This document shows positions 13,806-26,314 of a DNA stretch of 29,245 nucleotides, piece after piece (positions within the stretch are counted from its first letter, which is position 1; each line of letters starts with the position of its first letter). A program made the position numbers and the translations under genes. The DNA comes from Trichoplax adhaerens. Lineage: Eukaryota > Animalia > Placozoa. Below the pieces are notes generated by a model. It saw nothing but the letters and a program-made list of their open reading frames with translations. It ran no database searches and was not told the DNA's origin. Location of the stretch: the NCBI RefSeq assembly GCF_000150275.1, contig NW_002061019.1, positions 1-29,245 on the forward strand, read 5' to 3'.

Positions 13806-15772
13806 ATGCAAACACTGAGGCCTCTTGATTTGCATCTGGCTATGCCAATGATATTATTCTTGTTATATCTTACGGCAATGGATATCCAAAGGTTAGATGG
13901 AGCTGCAATTTGGAATAACAACACTATTTCTACAACCAAATTAAAGCAATTGAAATGGATTGATGCATCACTGGAATGGACACGAAGGAGAAATTGTTCA
14001 AATGAATTGAATCAACAATTGTGTAGGCATATCTCTAATCGAGATAAGACACAAATGAATATCTACATGGCTGTATCCAAGCATAAGAAGGACAAATTAA
14101 AAATTATACTGTCTGAAAAGATATTTCGCAAGCAAAAATATGTAGCTGATGCCGTTATCGCTATTGACGTATTCCCTGAGTTAGCATTTGGCCATCCGGT
14201 CTACGTTTATGCTGTTAAGCGCTCACAAAATCGTGATAAGTGCCAAGAACGATTAGGTAAATATGTAGATAATGAAGATTGCATATTTGCTGTTAAATTA
14301 TTCCATCACAAAATCGATTCCATGATTGAAACCTTACCCAGAGTATATGCTGGAAGTGATAATTCGTATAAGCAAATGCTAACCTGCCAATCAGAAATGG
14401 CTGGCTTTGCTTCGTGTCAATCAAGAATGAATTATCACCATAAATGGAACAATGTTGCAAGCGCAATGCAATCATATCCTCCTATCAAATTTAAATCATG
14501 TGGGACTAATAAAACTGAATCGATTGCAATCTTAATCAGTGGTTTTTGGAATAACCAAATGTCCTCTCCACGATATCAGGATAATATCATCAAGCTACGA
14601 AATAATCTGTTAAATTTAGGTTACCGAAAAGACAACATTATTACATTTTTTGCAGGTAAATCTCTCATTTTTTTTATAATTCTATACGTCATTTGCAACT
14701 ACCTTTACCTAAACTAGTACATTATAGGGAGTATAATCGTTATTATATTTAGATTCATGTATCAGTAAATCTACTTAGCAGTTCGTATAGATAATAATCA
14801 CCTCTCTATATGCAACATTACTTCTTAAAATAAAAGCTGAGTTTAAAATTAGTATTACTGAATTATGATAATAAATAGAGAATATTTTTATTTATTCTGC
14901 TAAGATTGATTTGTAATAAAAATATATTTTAATATTGATTTCCCGTCTAAATTGCACATCTATAGTCATCCATTATTAAGATTGTGCATATGATATCATC
15001 ATAATACTATGCTGTACGTATATTGAGCTAATTATTACAACCGCACAATTAATAATGATTAAAATACCCGAGATACTCAGTATAAAATAAGTTAGACTGT
15101 GACTGACATTCTACCTTATACATTTTTACTTTTACTCTCTTTCATAGGTGGAGATAAGCAACTTGATTTTATACCAGCTGTTATGGATTTGCAAATTGTT
15201 CGATCTATTCGCGAAGCGTGCAAATGCAGTAGTCGTTCATTGTTTTTGTATTTAAATAGTCCAACAGTCAATTTCAATAAATTGTTACTATTGGATATTG
15301 AAAATAATGGCTTTGCAGAATATTACCAGACTTTACCCTATAAGCAAATCGTTAATGAACTAAGAAGGTGCTCAGCAAAAAATAAAATTATTGTCGTTGA
15401 TCAATCTCATAGCAATCAATTCGTGAATAAAATTAAGGATCAGCATGTTAAAGGAGCTATTGTAGTTGGATCAGCAGACTTTATGAATTATAGTTACGGC
15501 TATAAATTAACCCGGCATTTCATTCAAGCTCACTCTAGCCATTGTATAGGGGATATTATAAATGTAAGTACAGTAAATTACGTAGATTTATTAAATAATT
15601 GTCAAAAGAAATCCTATTTCCTTTCTATTGATGGCTTTCCATATATAATAACTTTCAGGAAGCAGCAAATTCTACCAATGGTGTTACTCATATAGCTGAA
15701 GACGCTAAGCCCTTCGAGTATAACCTCTACGGATCTAATTGCATCACTAAAAGCCTAGAAACAAAAAAATAA
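13806..15772 (+). CDS. Predicted secreted 459-aa protein with a clan CD (peptidase C13/legumain-like) C-terminal domain, probably catalytically inactive. Exons 13806-14655, 15148-15563, 15659-15772.
   Basis: The two long ORFs join in frame through a phase-1 intron (GCAG|GTAAAT...CTCTTTCATAG|GT) and a phase-0 intron (AAT|GTAAGT...ACTTTCAG|GAA). Spliced length is 1380 nt, ending ...LYGSNCITKSLETKK*. The N-terminus is hydrophobic (MPMILFLLYLTAM; alternative ATG at 13842). Motifs AILISG...RYQDN...LGYRKDNIITFFAGG, LFLYLNSP and IIVVDQSHS follow the C13 strand order. The gene structure is more certain than the family call. Confidence 0.85.
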
Positions 15773-18700
15773 AAATTTTCAAATGCTGAAAGATTTCTTT
15801 TTATATCAATTGCATAATCATTAAACGATGTATCATACTACTAAACCTAATATTGATAAAAATTTTAATATGCATTTGGAACTAACAGAATCTAATATTA
15901 AGGGATTAATCTATAGCTACGACATACTTATGACAACAACTATTACGAAACATCAGTAGAAGTGATCTCTGATGATCTAATAATGGTGCAGTGTTAAGAG
16001 CAGATGCAAGTTACAAATTGAAATGTATTGTTAATTCAAATTTATTCTTACCTATTACATAAAAATTTCAAGTAATTGTTAATTTGCTTTACGATTCTCT
16101 ACTTAAATATCTTACATTATACTGATAAAGCCCTCAGTGCTGATAATTAGCCTTTTAATATCTTTGTAAAGAATTTGTTTTATCCAATGGAATTTTATAA
16201 TAGAAACTAGAAACTAATTTATAACTATAGTAAACCTATATTGACAGAATAATTTGTAACACGATTTAACATCACACTGTTTTAACATTTTCAATATTTA
16301 AGCAATATGTCAACCGACTCGTTCAATCTACACTACATTTATTCTATAATTAATAAATAAATTTATATCATGGGCTTGTTGTGGATGATCATTCTAAAGT
16401 AAACGTAAAATCCTAAAATCTCTGTTTGCTGTATTCAATCACTGAGACAATAAAATTCGATAGAAATGATCATTTCGAACTATTTATTTTTTCGTTTTAA
16501 GCAACATCAATTTTGAAGTATTTTAGCGATATTAGACACTATTTATTTTAGCAGACTTTCAGTTCTTTGTATATAACGTATAAATTGTCTTCGTTTTTGC
16601 TATTGTTAAAAATGCCAGCAAAATACCCGACAGAATATGTCAATATCAACTTCCAATGTAAATCAAGTTATTTTACTTAGCAACGCAAATGATGATAAAA
16701 TGTATATACACTCGTACATAGGTACTTCATATCAACATTGAGATTTGTAATAACCAATGTCAAGGTCAGTATTATATCATCTTTAGAATAAAACAATGTT
16801 CATTTCGGCATGGGCGCCATTTATGTAAGTGCCCTCTAGTAGAATACTTATTTCTGCAGCCATGTGACATACAGCAGAGAATTAAATTGTACAGCAACAG
16901 TATGATTCTTTACTAAACTATTCCTGAGTCGAATTTGTCCAGGAAATAAATTAGATCAAGGTGCACTGATAGAAAATAAATCTAATATGCTTTAAAGGTT
17001 TATTATTAATACAAATAGGTTGACAACCTTATGATTGGACCGTTAGGTATAAATCAATTTTTAGACTGCTGTATTTGATTTCACTCATTGTAAACGATTA
17101 GTTGTCCATTGGAATTGATGGTGACAACAGCAAAATTATTATCGAAAAATGAAAATAACTTCTACTGTTTTGAAGGGATTATGATGTTCCACATCATTTC
17201 AAGTAGACAATCCTAATTGATCAATGAAAATAACCAACAATACAATTAAACAATGACCAAGTAATAATTGTCATATATTAATTAGCCTTTCTAGTTACCG
17301 TTTAATTAATCTCTAGCAAAAGCAAGTTCATGGTCACGGATAACACGTCCGCAGCTAGGACAATTCACGGTAACAGACGCTAACATTCGAGACTAAAATG
17401 AAAAAATTTAGAGCAATGATATAACCACTACATAAGTCTTTAGGTAATAGCAGAAAATTTTAATATAGCAACATATTTATAACTATGCAAGTGAACACCT
17501 TGTAATTAGCTTACCTTGATACAATAATAACAGAAGCGATGACCGCAAGACGCTTGATAGATATTACAAGGAATTTCACCACAAAATGCACAGTCTGTAC
17601 TCTTAATAGAACTTTTAGGAGATAATTCACTCCAAAGTAATTGCTTAAAGAACATTTTAGTTTGATAGATGTTAACTAAAGGCAATACAAATGCTAAAAA
17701 TTCCTAAAAAAGAGAAATATATATATTGATAAAAATTGCTTTGATCGTTAAATTTCAAATATTGAGACATTGTACAGCAATGAACGATTAAATTTTGATA
17801 AAAATTAATTTATTAAACACTTAACGGTGATTCCATTCCAAAGTAAAGCCCTATTCATGTATTCGAAACTTATCTGATGCACAAATAGTAATCCACATTA
17901 GTGCTAAAAATAGGTGTTTAATCTTACAGCAAGATTAGCTATAAAACGTAGAAAGATGTAATACAGTTGTTATTACTTGTCTCAAGGACTGTGGATTAGA
18001 ATATTCAGGATGTATACTTAATATTCTTTCTAATAAATTTTTATACCTATCAAATAGAAACAAGTAATTATTACATATCCACCAAGTACAGTAAATGCTG
18101 AAACAATATTGAAAGTCTAGCTATTCAGATTTAAAGTAAAGGTATATTCTTGAATTAATATACCATTACATTTTGTTCCTATATTATTTACTATCTCATA
18201 GGTTATGATATTGTATAGAAAGTATTCTTCCACAAAGATACAGAAGTAATAAAGTACTAAAATTGTCCATTTATCTTCAAACTTAAGCGTATAAATGGTA
18301 ATGTTATCTTTAATGAGTACAATTGTAATCTTTTATTTAATATTCTTCTATCGCTAAGAAGAATCATTTGATTACTATAATATGTCGATCTGATACACAT
18401 ACCGTAATATAATGTAATCGTGATCACACGCTATCTGTTTTCATAATTTATTAATATTTCCGAAGACGGATACTATTTCAGTAAGTATTTTGAGATAAAG
18501 TATATCTGCAAAGACAGCATCAAGGGTGTAATGATCGATTTTAAGGTGCATGATGTGCATCTTTGTTTTTCAAATACTGAAATATTCAAGAGTTCATAAT
18601 GTACTAAAATTATTCAGTTTACCTTCCAGTTTGCAAAAACGAAAAAAAATTAGCTAATGACCCAATTGTCAAAATATTATCCAATAGTGCGATACCCCTT

Positions 18701-20986
18701 ACAACCTGCCGAATGTTAGTCAAAAAAGAATTTAATGATAAATATGCAGCGGACTTATGTATTCAAATTGGGATATTCATTGAATCCTTTACTTGTCGCA
18801 ATAAATAATTATTCCGAGCGTAGTCACTGAATTGACTCAGTCTTTCTTTCAGCCATGGCAGAAAGACTGTTAAGATGCCAAATAGTATCCGTTGAATTCT
18901 ATTAATTTCGGAATTATCTAAAGTTATTGTAAAATGAAAAATATTTCCCTGTTATCAATATGATTTCAAGCATACATAATACTAGTCAGATGTATGCCTA
19001 TTTTACAAAGCATTTCTACATTATTTGCATAAGTGTCAAGATTACAGAGTGACTACTGCTGTTAGTACAAGAAATGGTACAACATCAATAAAGTATAAAC
19101 GCTTATTATGCTTTTCAATTAGGATTACTAATTAATTAATTTTTTATTTCATTTCGTCACTTTAATGGAAACGTGATAAACCAACAATATATTTAGTACA
19201 AGACGGTTTTCACCTTTATGTCGATAAGCGATATTCAGCATTTGTTGACCTAATGTCGCTCCATTGGATAATACAGAATTCTAAAGTTGAGACGATAAAG
19301 TTTAACAGTATTTAATTTACAATATTAATTTTATGACAGGAAAGCAAATTATCGAATAATATTTATGAGAAGTACAAGTATAAAGTCGTACCTAACGAGA
19401 CGATATAAAGGGGGAAAATTAATTACCTTCAACTACTATAATTACAGATTATATCTACTTTTCTGATAATTATTAATTACGTCTACCATCAATAAGTCTA
19501 TTACCTTCCATACTAAATATCGTAATGCTAGCAATAATTCTGGCTCGTACTTCGTCAACAAGCCAGCCTAGATGTTGACAATTCAAATGGTAAATAGTAA
19601 CTATATGTAATGCGAGTAAGTACTATAAAAGTTCAAGTTACGTCAATAATATTGATCTAAATAGCAACAAGATAAAATCAATTTTGTATATTATAGACAA
19701 ATACAGTCGATTTAATCTTACAATCGTTATTGATATTGAACGTTGCCAAGGGACATTATTACCGATCAATCAATAGTATACTTTATTGATTTGGTAACTA
19801 GTATAACAGACAGATTCATCAGCGCTATCCTAAGCACAAATCTCCATGTTTACACATTTATAAGGAGATTGATTGATTCTCTTCCGTTGATGGTTTATAA
19901 ACCATTAACGAATATTGAAGTGTAACTACATACGAGTATAGAAAAGTATTTCATAAACAATGCTTAATATTTATGATTCATTCTCTTCAAACATGCACAC
20001 CAATCTTTAATATATCCTATGAAGTAAAAAGTACCAATACATACAGTATGCGAAGTATAACACAGATTCTACGAGTACAATATACGCATTTAGCATGATA
20101 TATCATTAGCATTTCAAGTGTTATCCAAGTATGTATAAAATGTCTACAATTTCTATTAACTAGCAAAACAGGAGTATTAATCGTGATTGTATCCAGGCAT
20201 GTAAATAGCATTATTGAAACGTCATATTATTATCTTGGATCAAAATAACATTAAATGGTTGCTACACAGACCTGGAAGTATTTAATCGCTTCAATTAATT
20301 GCGATTTGAAAAGATTAAGAAGTTCGATGTCAAGCTCTGACGAATCTAGCTAAAAACAAAAAGGAGAAAATGATTAACAGGTAATTACGTAAATTGGTCA
20401 ATGTAAAGATAATAATCTATTTGTTGAGCATAGTCCATAACCTGTTGTTTATAAAGATGTCAATTGATGACATTCAATTTTAACAAATTGTAATTGCAAT
20501 TGATTTTATTGATCATATTATTGGATGATGACGATGTGAGATGTAGCAACATTGATCTAGTTGTAGAAACATCCAACTATAATTCTTTTGCCTACGTCAT
20601 GTTGATCTTTACTGAATTTCTATCTTTCCCATAAAGTCAAGATGATCAACATTGAGTGCGTCAATAAATCACAGCAATTTTTCCTCATTACAAACAAGGT
20701 CGAATAGAGCAAATGATGTCGATCTTGTTGTTGAAATAGTAACAACTACCAAAAGCTCCACATTTTCAATAGCATGTGTTTCAAGAAACTGTTCAAATAA
20801 GAAGACATCCATACCGTTGTGTTGAATCCATTCTTGACTCACTAACATTACTTTCTTTTTACCTTAACCAACCCCGTTTCAAGGCAGTCAACGATAGATG
20901 AAATCTAGAATAACAATATACGCTAGATATGACCAATGATGAGCAACAAAATAATGCTCCATTCTAACTATGGCTATCTCTCATAC

Positions 20987-21555
20987 AGTATTTCATTTTC
21001 TATCCTAAGTTAAGTAATGATCAACGAAGAACACTAGAGTTCCAATTCTGTTGCTCTATTACGGTCAATAGACTGCCTATCCATGGATAGTTCAATGATA
21101 AATAGGGCATTCCCTAGGCTATCAATAATAATTTATGTTCTAGAGTTATCGTCGTACTTTTGTGCTATCCTACAGTCGATGCAAGGATTAGCAGTGAGTA
21201 AGTATACTTTATCTCATCGATAACGACCATCCATATATAGTCCACATCAACATGGATTACGCAAATATGCAGTCGGTTTCTCGTCCAAAATCTGGCTCTA
21301 TCGATTGTTACAACTACCTTTTGTGGAGTATTCTAAATTAAATGTTAATATCCACGATGATTTTTTTGATGAGAATTGGTACTTACTCTCCAATCGATAG
21401 AAGTAAGAGAAAAAGCTTTTCCTTTTACCTCTATGAAATGAAGCTTTTGCACCATGATGATATGTGTTAAGATGAGAATTGAAACTTAATCCTCATCTCT
21501 GATATCCATCATGATATTGACAAGGGATTTCTTAAACTTACTATCGAATTAGAGC
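20987..21555 (-). pseudogene. Degenerate spliced Ulp1/SENP-like domain (exons 21555-21387 and 21332-20987)
   Basis: IRDED*VSILILTH...KAFSLTS...RFWTRNRLHICVIHVDVDYIWMVVIDEIKYTYSL...IEQQNWNSSVLR loosely tracks the Ulp1 order WLND..I / FNS / RWT / PIH..HW.L.VID..YYDSL / QQ.N..DCG. The catalytic residues are eroded. Confidence 0.4.
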
Positions 21556-21808
21556 CTAGATAATGATCAATCTTGTCGACTATTTGTGATATCAATTCTA
21601 CGCTTGTACGTAGATTGCTTAATTTTATTCATCAATCTTATCCTTGTATTGAATGAATTTTCGATAGTAAACACAGATTATTTGCGACTGTAACATTCAT
21701 GGATGACTACCTTTCTACAATATTATTTACTTATAGTAATTTTGTTCCTGGGTAGTTGGATCTTGATGAAAGTTTTGAATAGCCATCATGGATATTATAT
21801 TCCTTCAG

Positions 21809-22540
21809 TATCTACACTCTATCAGCATGTAAAGTAGTTTTATTTCTGTAGTATTTTTTCTCAAAGATGGAGAATACGAGTAGCTCTTACGCGTTTGGCC
21901 TTTGAACTAGATGTGTTTGTTGATCATCAATTTATTGTAAGCTTTCTCATGTCAGTTTTATCAATCGAAGCTAAAACTATCCTTCTACTAGTTTGTCCCT
22001 CTCCAATCCTGACATGGCATTTTATACATTGAGCAAAAAGAACATTCCTATGCATTTAGTCCTTTAATATCTACACTTTATCAACATGTAAAGTTGCTTT
22101 TTTTACAGTATTTTTTCTCAAAGATGGAGAATACGAGTAGCTCTTACGCGTTTGGCCCTTGAACTACATGTGTTGATCATCATTTTGCGGTAAGCTTTCT
22201 GATGTCAGTTTGATCAATCGAAGCTAAAACTATCCTTGTACTAGTTTGTCCCTCTCCAATCCTGACATGGCATTTTAGACATTGAGCAAAAAGAACATTC
22301 CTATGCATTTAGTCCTTTAATATCTACACTTTATCAACATGTAAAGTTGCTTTTTTTACAGTATTTTTTCTCAAAGATGGAGAATACGAGTAGCTCTTAC
22401 GCGTTTGGCCCTTGAACTACATGTGTTGATCATCATTTTGCGGTAAGCTTTCTGATGTCAGTTTGATCAATCGAAGGTAAAACTATCCTTGTACTAGTTT
22501 GTCCCTCTCCAATCTTGACTTGGCATTTTAGACATTGAGC
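21809..22540. repeat. ~253-257 bp tandem repeat, ~2.9 copies
   Basis: AGAATACGAGTAGCTCTTACGCGTTTGGCC occurs at 21871, 22128 and 22381. On the minus strand the unit carries AQCLKC(Q/H)V(K/R)IGE. Confidence 0.95.
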
Positions 22541-23379
22541 CCTACTTATCCATGTCAATGGAGTGGATCTAGACCTGAATGCAATTTTCATCGACTGATT
22601 CTGACATCCTTTCTCCAATAGAATCAACATCCAACTCATTGTCAATGTCGCTGTTTCCTGGGTAGAAAAAATGGAACTTTCTTCCCTCCCCTCCCCCTTG
22701 TGATATCCAACAACATTGATTAATAACATAACATGCCCAAGTTGATTAGTCTGACAAGAGAAGATGACATAGGATGAGAAAAATAGTCCGCGACATAGCA
22801 TGAGAAAATAGTTGGCGGTCGTTGTCCTCTTGATGACAATTTGATCATGGCTGTTTATGTGGTAGTTTGTTCTTCTCGCCCAATGTCATGGCCATGGGAA
22901 TTCAATCATCATCGACAATCATACAGCTACCAATGGTTTAAGTTGTCCACAATAGAGGACACTAATCAAGCAAGCAACTAACCTGAGTTACTCGAGCAAC
23001 AGTAGACATGGTAGTTGTGATTTGCCTTTTGCAATTCGTCCACCAAGATATCTTCAACAAAATGATTTAGCCAAGGTAAAGCTCCTTTTGACACTTCTCA
23101 AGCGAGATGGCAAAGACTGATTGACTTGACAAACTCGATCATCGTCGTCCATCAAAATCACCATTGCTTGTCCCCATACATTTGAATAGGAACAAGGTTA
23201 TTGCTAGACTACGTCAAAGGTGTTTGGATATGCCTTCCAAAGTCCAAAGGGAATGAAATTATTGCAACGCTAGCGAGGACTTTTGCAGGCCCCAATTGCA
23301 AGCTCAGTCTGATCCTACTCTACCTTACCATACAGTCTCACTAGATATACTGTTGTCTCATCGCGAGTAGTCGGCGCCA

Positions 23380-24050
23380 ATCACTACTGAAATTGGCAGT
23401 CGTAAGCCTAGTCAAGATTCCACTCATCTTGCATTCGTATCGCCAGGTTGGAGAAAGTACTTTTGCAGCTTCCATGGCCATTCGTAAACCTTCTCTTCCA
23501 CCATCTACCCATTGCCCAATTTTTAGACTTAATCCTGTAATAAAACACCAATGCAGGCCTAAAACAGCTGTATTAGCAGATTAGTTGTGCCAAGCTGTTG
23601 AAGAAGTACACAAGCGATTGTTGTCGACATGTTGTGCTGCAGTTCATGACATCGATGATGGAGTAAAAATGCAAATCTTCTCTTCTGGATGCAATCATGA
23701 GTAAAACCTAGGCTAATCGGCGCCAATCATTACTTGGATTAGGCAGTCTTAAGCCTTATGAAAATACTGCATTCGTCTAGATAGCTTGGAGAAAATACTT
23801 TTTCAACCTTACGTCGTCAGCATGGTGAGAGTACGGTAGTAGTCACGATGATTCAATCATGCAGAATCGCAAAATGGAAGATTAGCAATTGCAACTAATC
23901 CTGCTCCAAACCCCCAATGCAGTCCCCTAAAATCTGATCGAATCCATCGGTCGATTAGCGGTGTCAAGGCGTTTCCATAACTTATCGTTGTAAAGGAGTC
24001 AAATAGAGAGTAGAGTAAATCGTCCAGTTTTCTACTTGATTATCCGCGAT
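23380..24050 (-). pseudogene. Two adjacent Ulp1/C48-like catalytic cores
   Basis: Core 1: GLHWGFGAGLVAIANLPFCDS...HKA*DC, with His 23917-19, Asp 23866-68 and Cys 23743-45 all in one frame. Core 2: YSIIDVMN...VYFFNSL...LGLHWCF...WVD...AYDC, with His 23551-53 and Cys 23396-98, interrupted by frameshifts. Confidence 0.6.
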
Positions 24051-24051
24051 G

Positions 24052-25075
24052 CAATCATGAGTAAACATGGACGCATCCAGTCTTCACTAGGACTTGCCTT
24101 CTCTCTTAAGCTTTGTAAATATGCTCCATTCGTCTAAATAGCTTACAGAAAGTGTTTTTTTCAGGCCTACATAATCAGCCAGGTGATAGTACTGTGGTAG
24201 TAGTGGCCATTTTATCATGCCCAATCGTAAAATACAACATCACAAATGCCTTCTAAGCCTGCAATAAACCCCCAATGCAGTCTGCTAAAAGCAGATCGAA
24301 TCCATCGGTAGATTATTGCTGTAAAGCCATTGACAAATTATGAGTAAACATAGACGCATCCAGTCATCACTAGGACTTGCCTTCTCTTAAGCCTTGTGAA
24401 AATGCTCTATCCGTCTAGATAGCTAGCAGAAAGTGTTTTTCAGGCCTACATAATCAGCCTGGCGATAGTACAGCGGCCATTTTATCATGCACAATCGTAA
24501 AATACAACATCACAAATGCCTTCTAAGCCTGCAATAAACCCCCAATGCAGTCTGCTAAAAGCAGATCGAATCCATCGGTAGATTATTGCTGTAAAGCCAT
24601 TGACAAATTATGAGTAAACATAGACGCATCCAGTCATCACTAGGACTTGCCTTCTCTTAAGCCTTGTGAAAATGCTCTATCCGTCTAGATAGCTAGCAGA
24701 AAGTGTTTTTCAGGCCTACATAATCAGCCTGGCGATAGTACAGCGGCCATTTTATCATGCACAATCGTAAAATACAACATCACAAATGCCTTCTAAGCCT
24801 GCAATAAACCCCCAATGCAGTCTGCTAAAAGCAGATCGAATCCATCGGTAGATTATTGCTGTAAAGCCATTGACAAATTATGAGTAAACATAGACGCATC
24901 CAGTCATCACTAGGACTTGCCTTCTCTTAAGCCTTGTGAAAATGCTCTATCCGTCTAGATAGCTAGCAGAAAGTGTTTTTCAGGCCTACATAATCAGCCT
25001 GGCGATAGTACAGCGGCCATTTTATCATGCACAATCGTAAAATACAACATCACAAATAGCATCTAACCCTGCAAC
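24052..25075. repeat. 270-bp tandem array: three identical units (24241, 24511, 24781) plus diverged partial flanking units
   Basis: The units are base-for-base identical by eye and are homologous to 23690-23970 and 23370-23600. The minus strand reads LHWGFIAGLEGICDVVFYD. Confidence 0.97.
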
Positions 25076-25353
25076 GTAGAAGCCTGGTATAAGCGATGCT
25101 TTTGATCATTGAAGTAGGTTGATTTCAGCTTCGTAGAAAGAGAAATACCGACGATCGATTTTTATTTGCATACCAAGTCCTAGAAGTTGGAGTGATTGAT
25201 ATTCAAGAATTTGGTTCACCATGTTTGTCTTGCAAAATAAATTCGCAATGATATGGAAGTCGCTGCACGATTTCTGTTGAGTTTGTTGTTGGTAGATGGA
25301 GAATTATTGTTGTGGTTGTTCCAACAAGTCTTTCCTTGTCTACCCAAGCTTGT

Positions 25354-25433
25354 TCTGCGATATCGTAGAATCTCCAATGGATTGAGAATCAGTATCTACG
25401 ATATCGTAGAATCTCCAATGGATTGAGAATCAG
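25354..25433. repeat. 41-bp tandem duplication
   Basis: TCT(G/A)CGATATCGTAGAATCTCCAATGGATTGAGAATCAG at 25354 and 25395. It shifts the frame of the minus-strand relic. Confidence 0.95.
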
Positions 25434-25994
25434 CAATGCAATCTGTTATTGCATATTGATAGTGCCCATTGAAATGTGGAGTAGAGTTAACAGAGCAGTT
25501 TTTTGGGGGATTGCCTATGGATATCAAAGACTCCCTGAGCATCACTCTATTCCAACTTTGGACTCATGATGCGTTGGAATCTCCTATGAAGAATACTTTA
25601 CTTTGACGATAGCATACTCCAATAAACGCTAATGTTGGAAATTAGTGCTGTATAGTGTTGTATAAAATAGGAAAGTACAAATGGAAGGTAGAATAACAGT
25701 TCTGAACAGATCAATAGTTGGGCTAAGGCATGCATACATGTTACAATTTCACTTCTGCGACAAGGTAAAGTCCAGTAAATGTCTACAAGTAGCTGCTGAC
25801 TTAAACGCCCTTTTACTTCACGTTCAACACAGCAAAAGACTGTCAAGATGCAACTTTTATTAGCAAAGATATATCTACAACTTTTTACCACCCCACTCCA
25901 CTTCAATGTTCCCGTTTATATAGCAACCGTCTAATTTGGAAACGGCAACAGTAGAATTAATTATTCTACCTTACTAGGAGAAACATCGCGAAGT

Positions 25995-26314
25995 AAGATG
26001 TTCCTTACAACGTTTTTCTATCAGGAAATATTTTGAATCGCTTGCTCAAACTTCATCTTAACTCGTAGGTTGTCTAATTCAACTATCATCAACTACAACT
26101 TAAATCATCTTACTGCTTAACTATCACATAATAATAATCAATATCAAATATGAACTAAGAAGTTCCTTACATAGCTTTTCTACCAGGAAATATTTTGAAT
26201 CGCTTACTCATACTTCATCTTAACTCGTAGATTGTCTAATTCAACTATCATCCACTACAACTTAAATCATCTTAAGGCTTAACTATCACACAATAATAAT
26301 CAATATCAAATATG
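25995..26314. repeat. 162-bp tandem duplication
   Basis: GTTCCTTACA...CAGGAAATATTTTGAATCGCTT...AATCAATATCAAATATG starts at 26000 and 26162. Confidence 0.95.

Noticed and set aside
13749-15695. ORFs 13749-14717 and 15099-15695 as two separate genes
   Set aside because: They use TTG/GTG starts and read into introns. Canonical splice sites join them into one gene.
11545-15980. CTGATGA motifs as hammerhead ribozyme cores
   Set aside because: No matching stem II plus GAAA arrangement was seen nearby.
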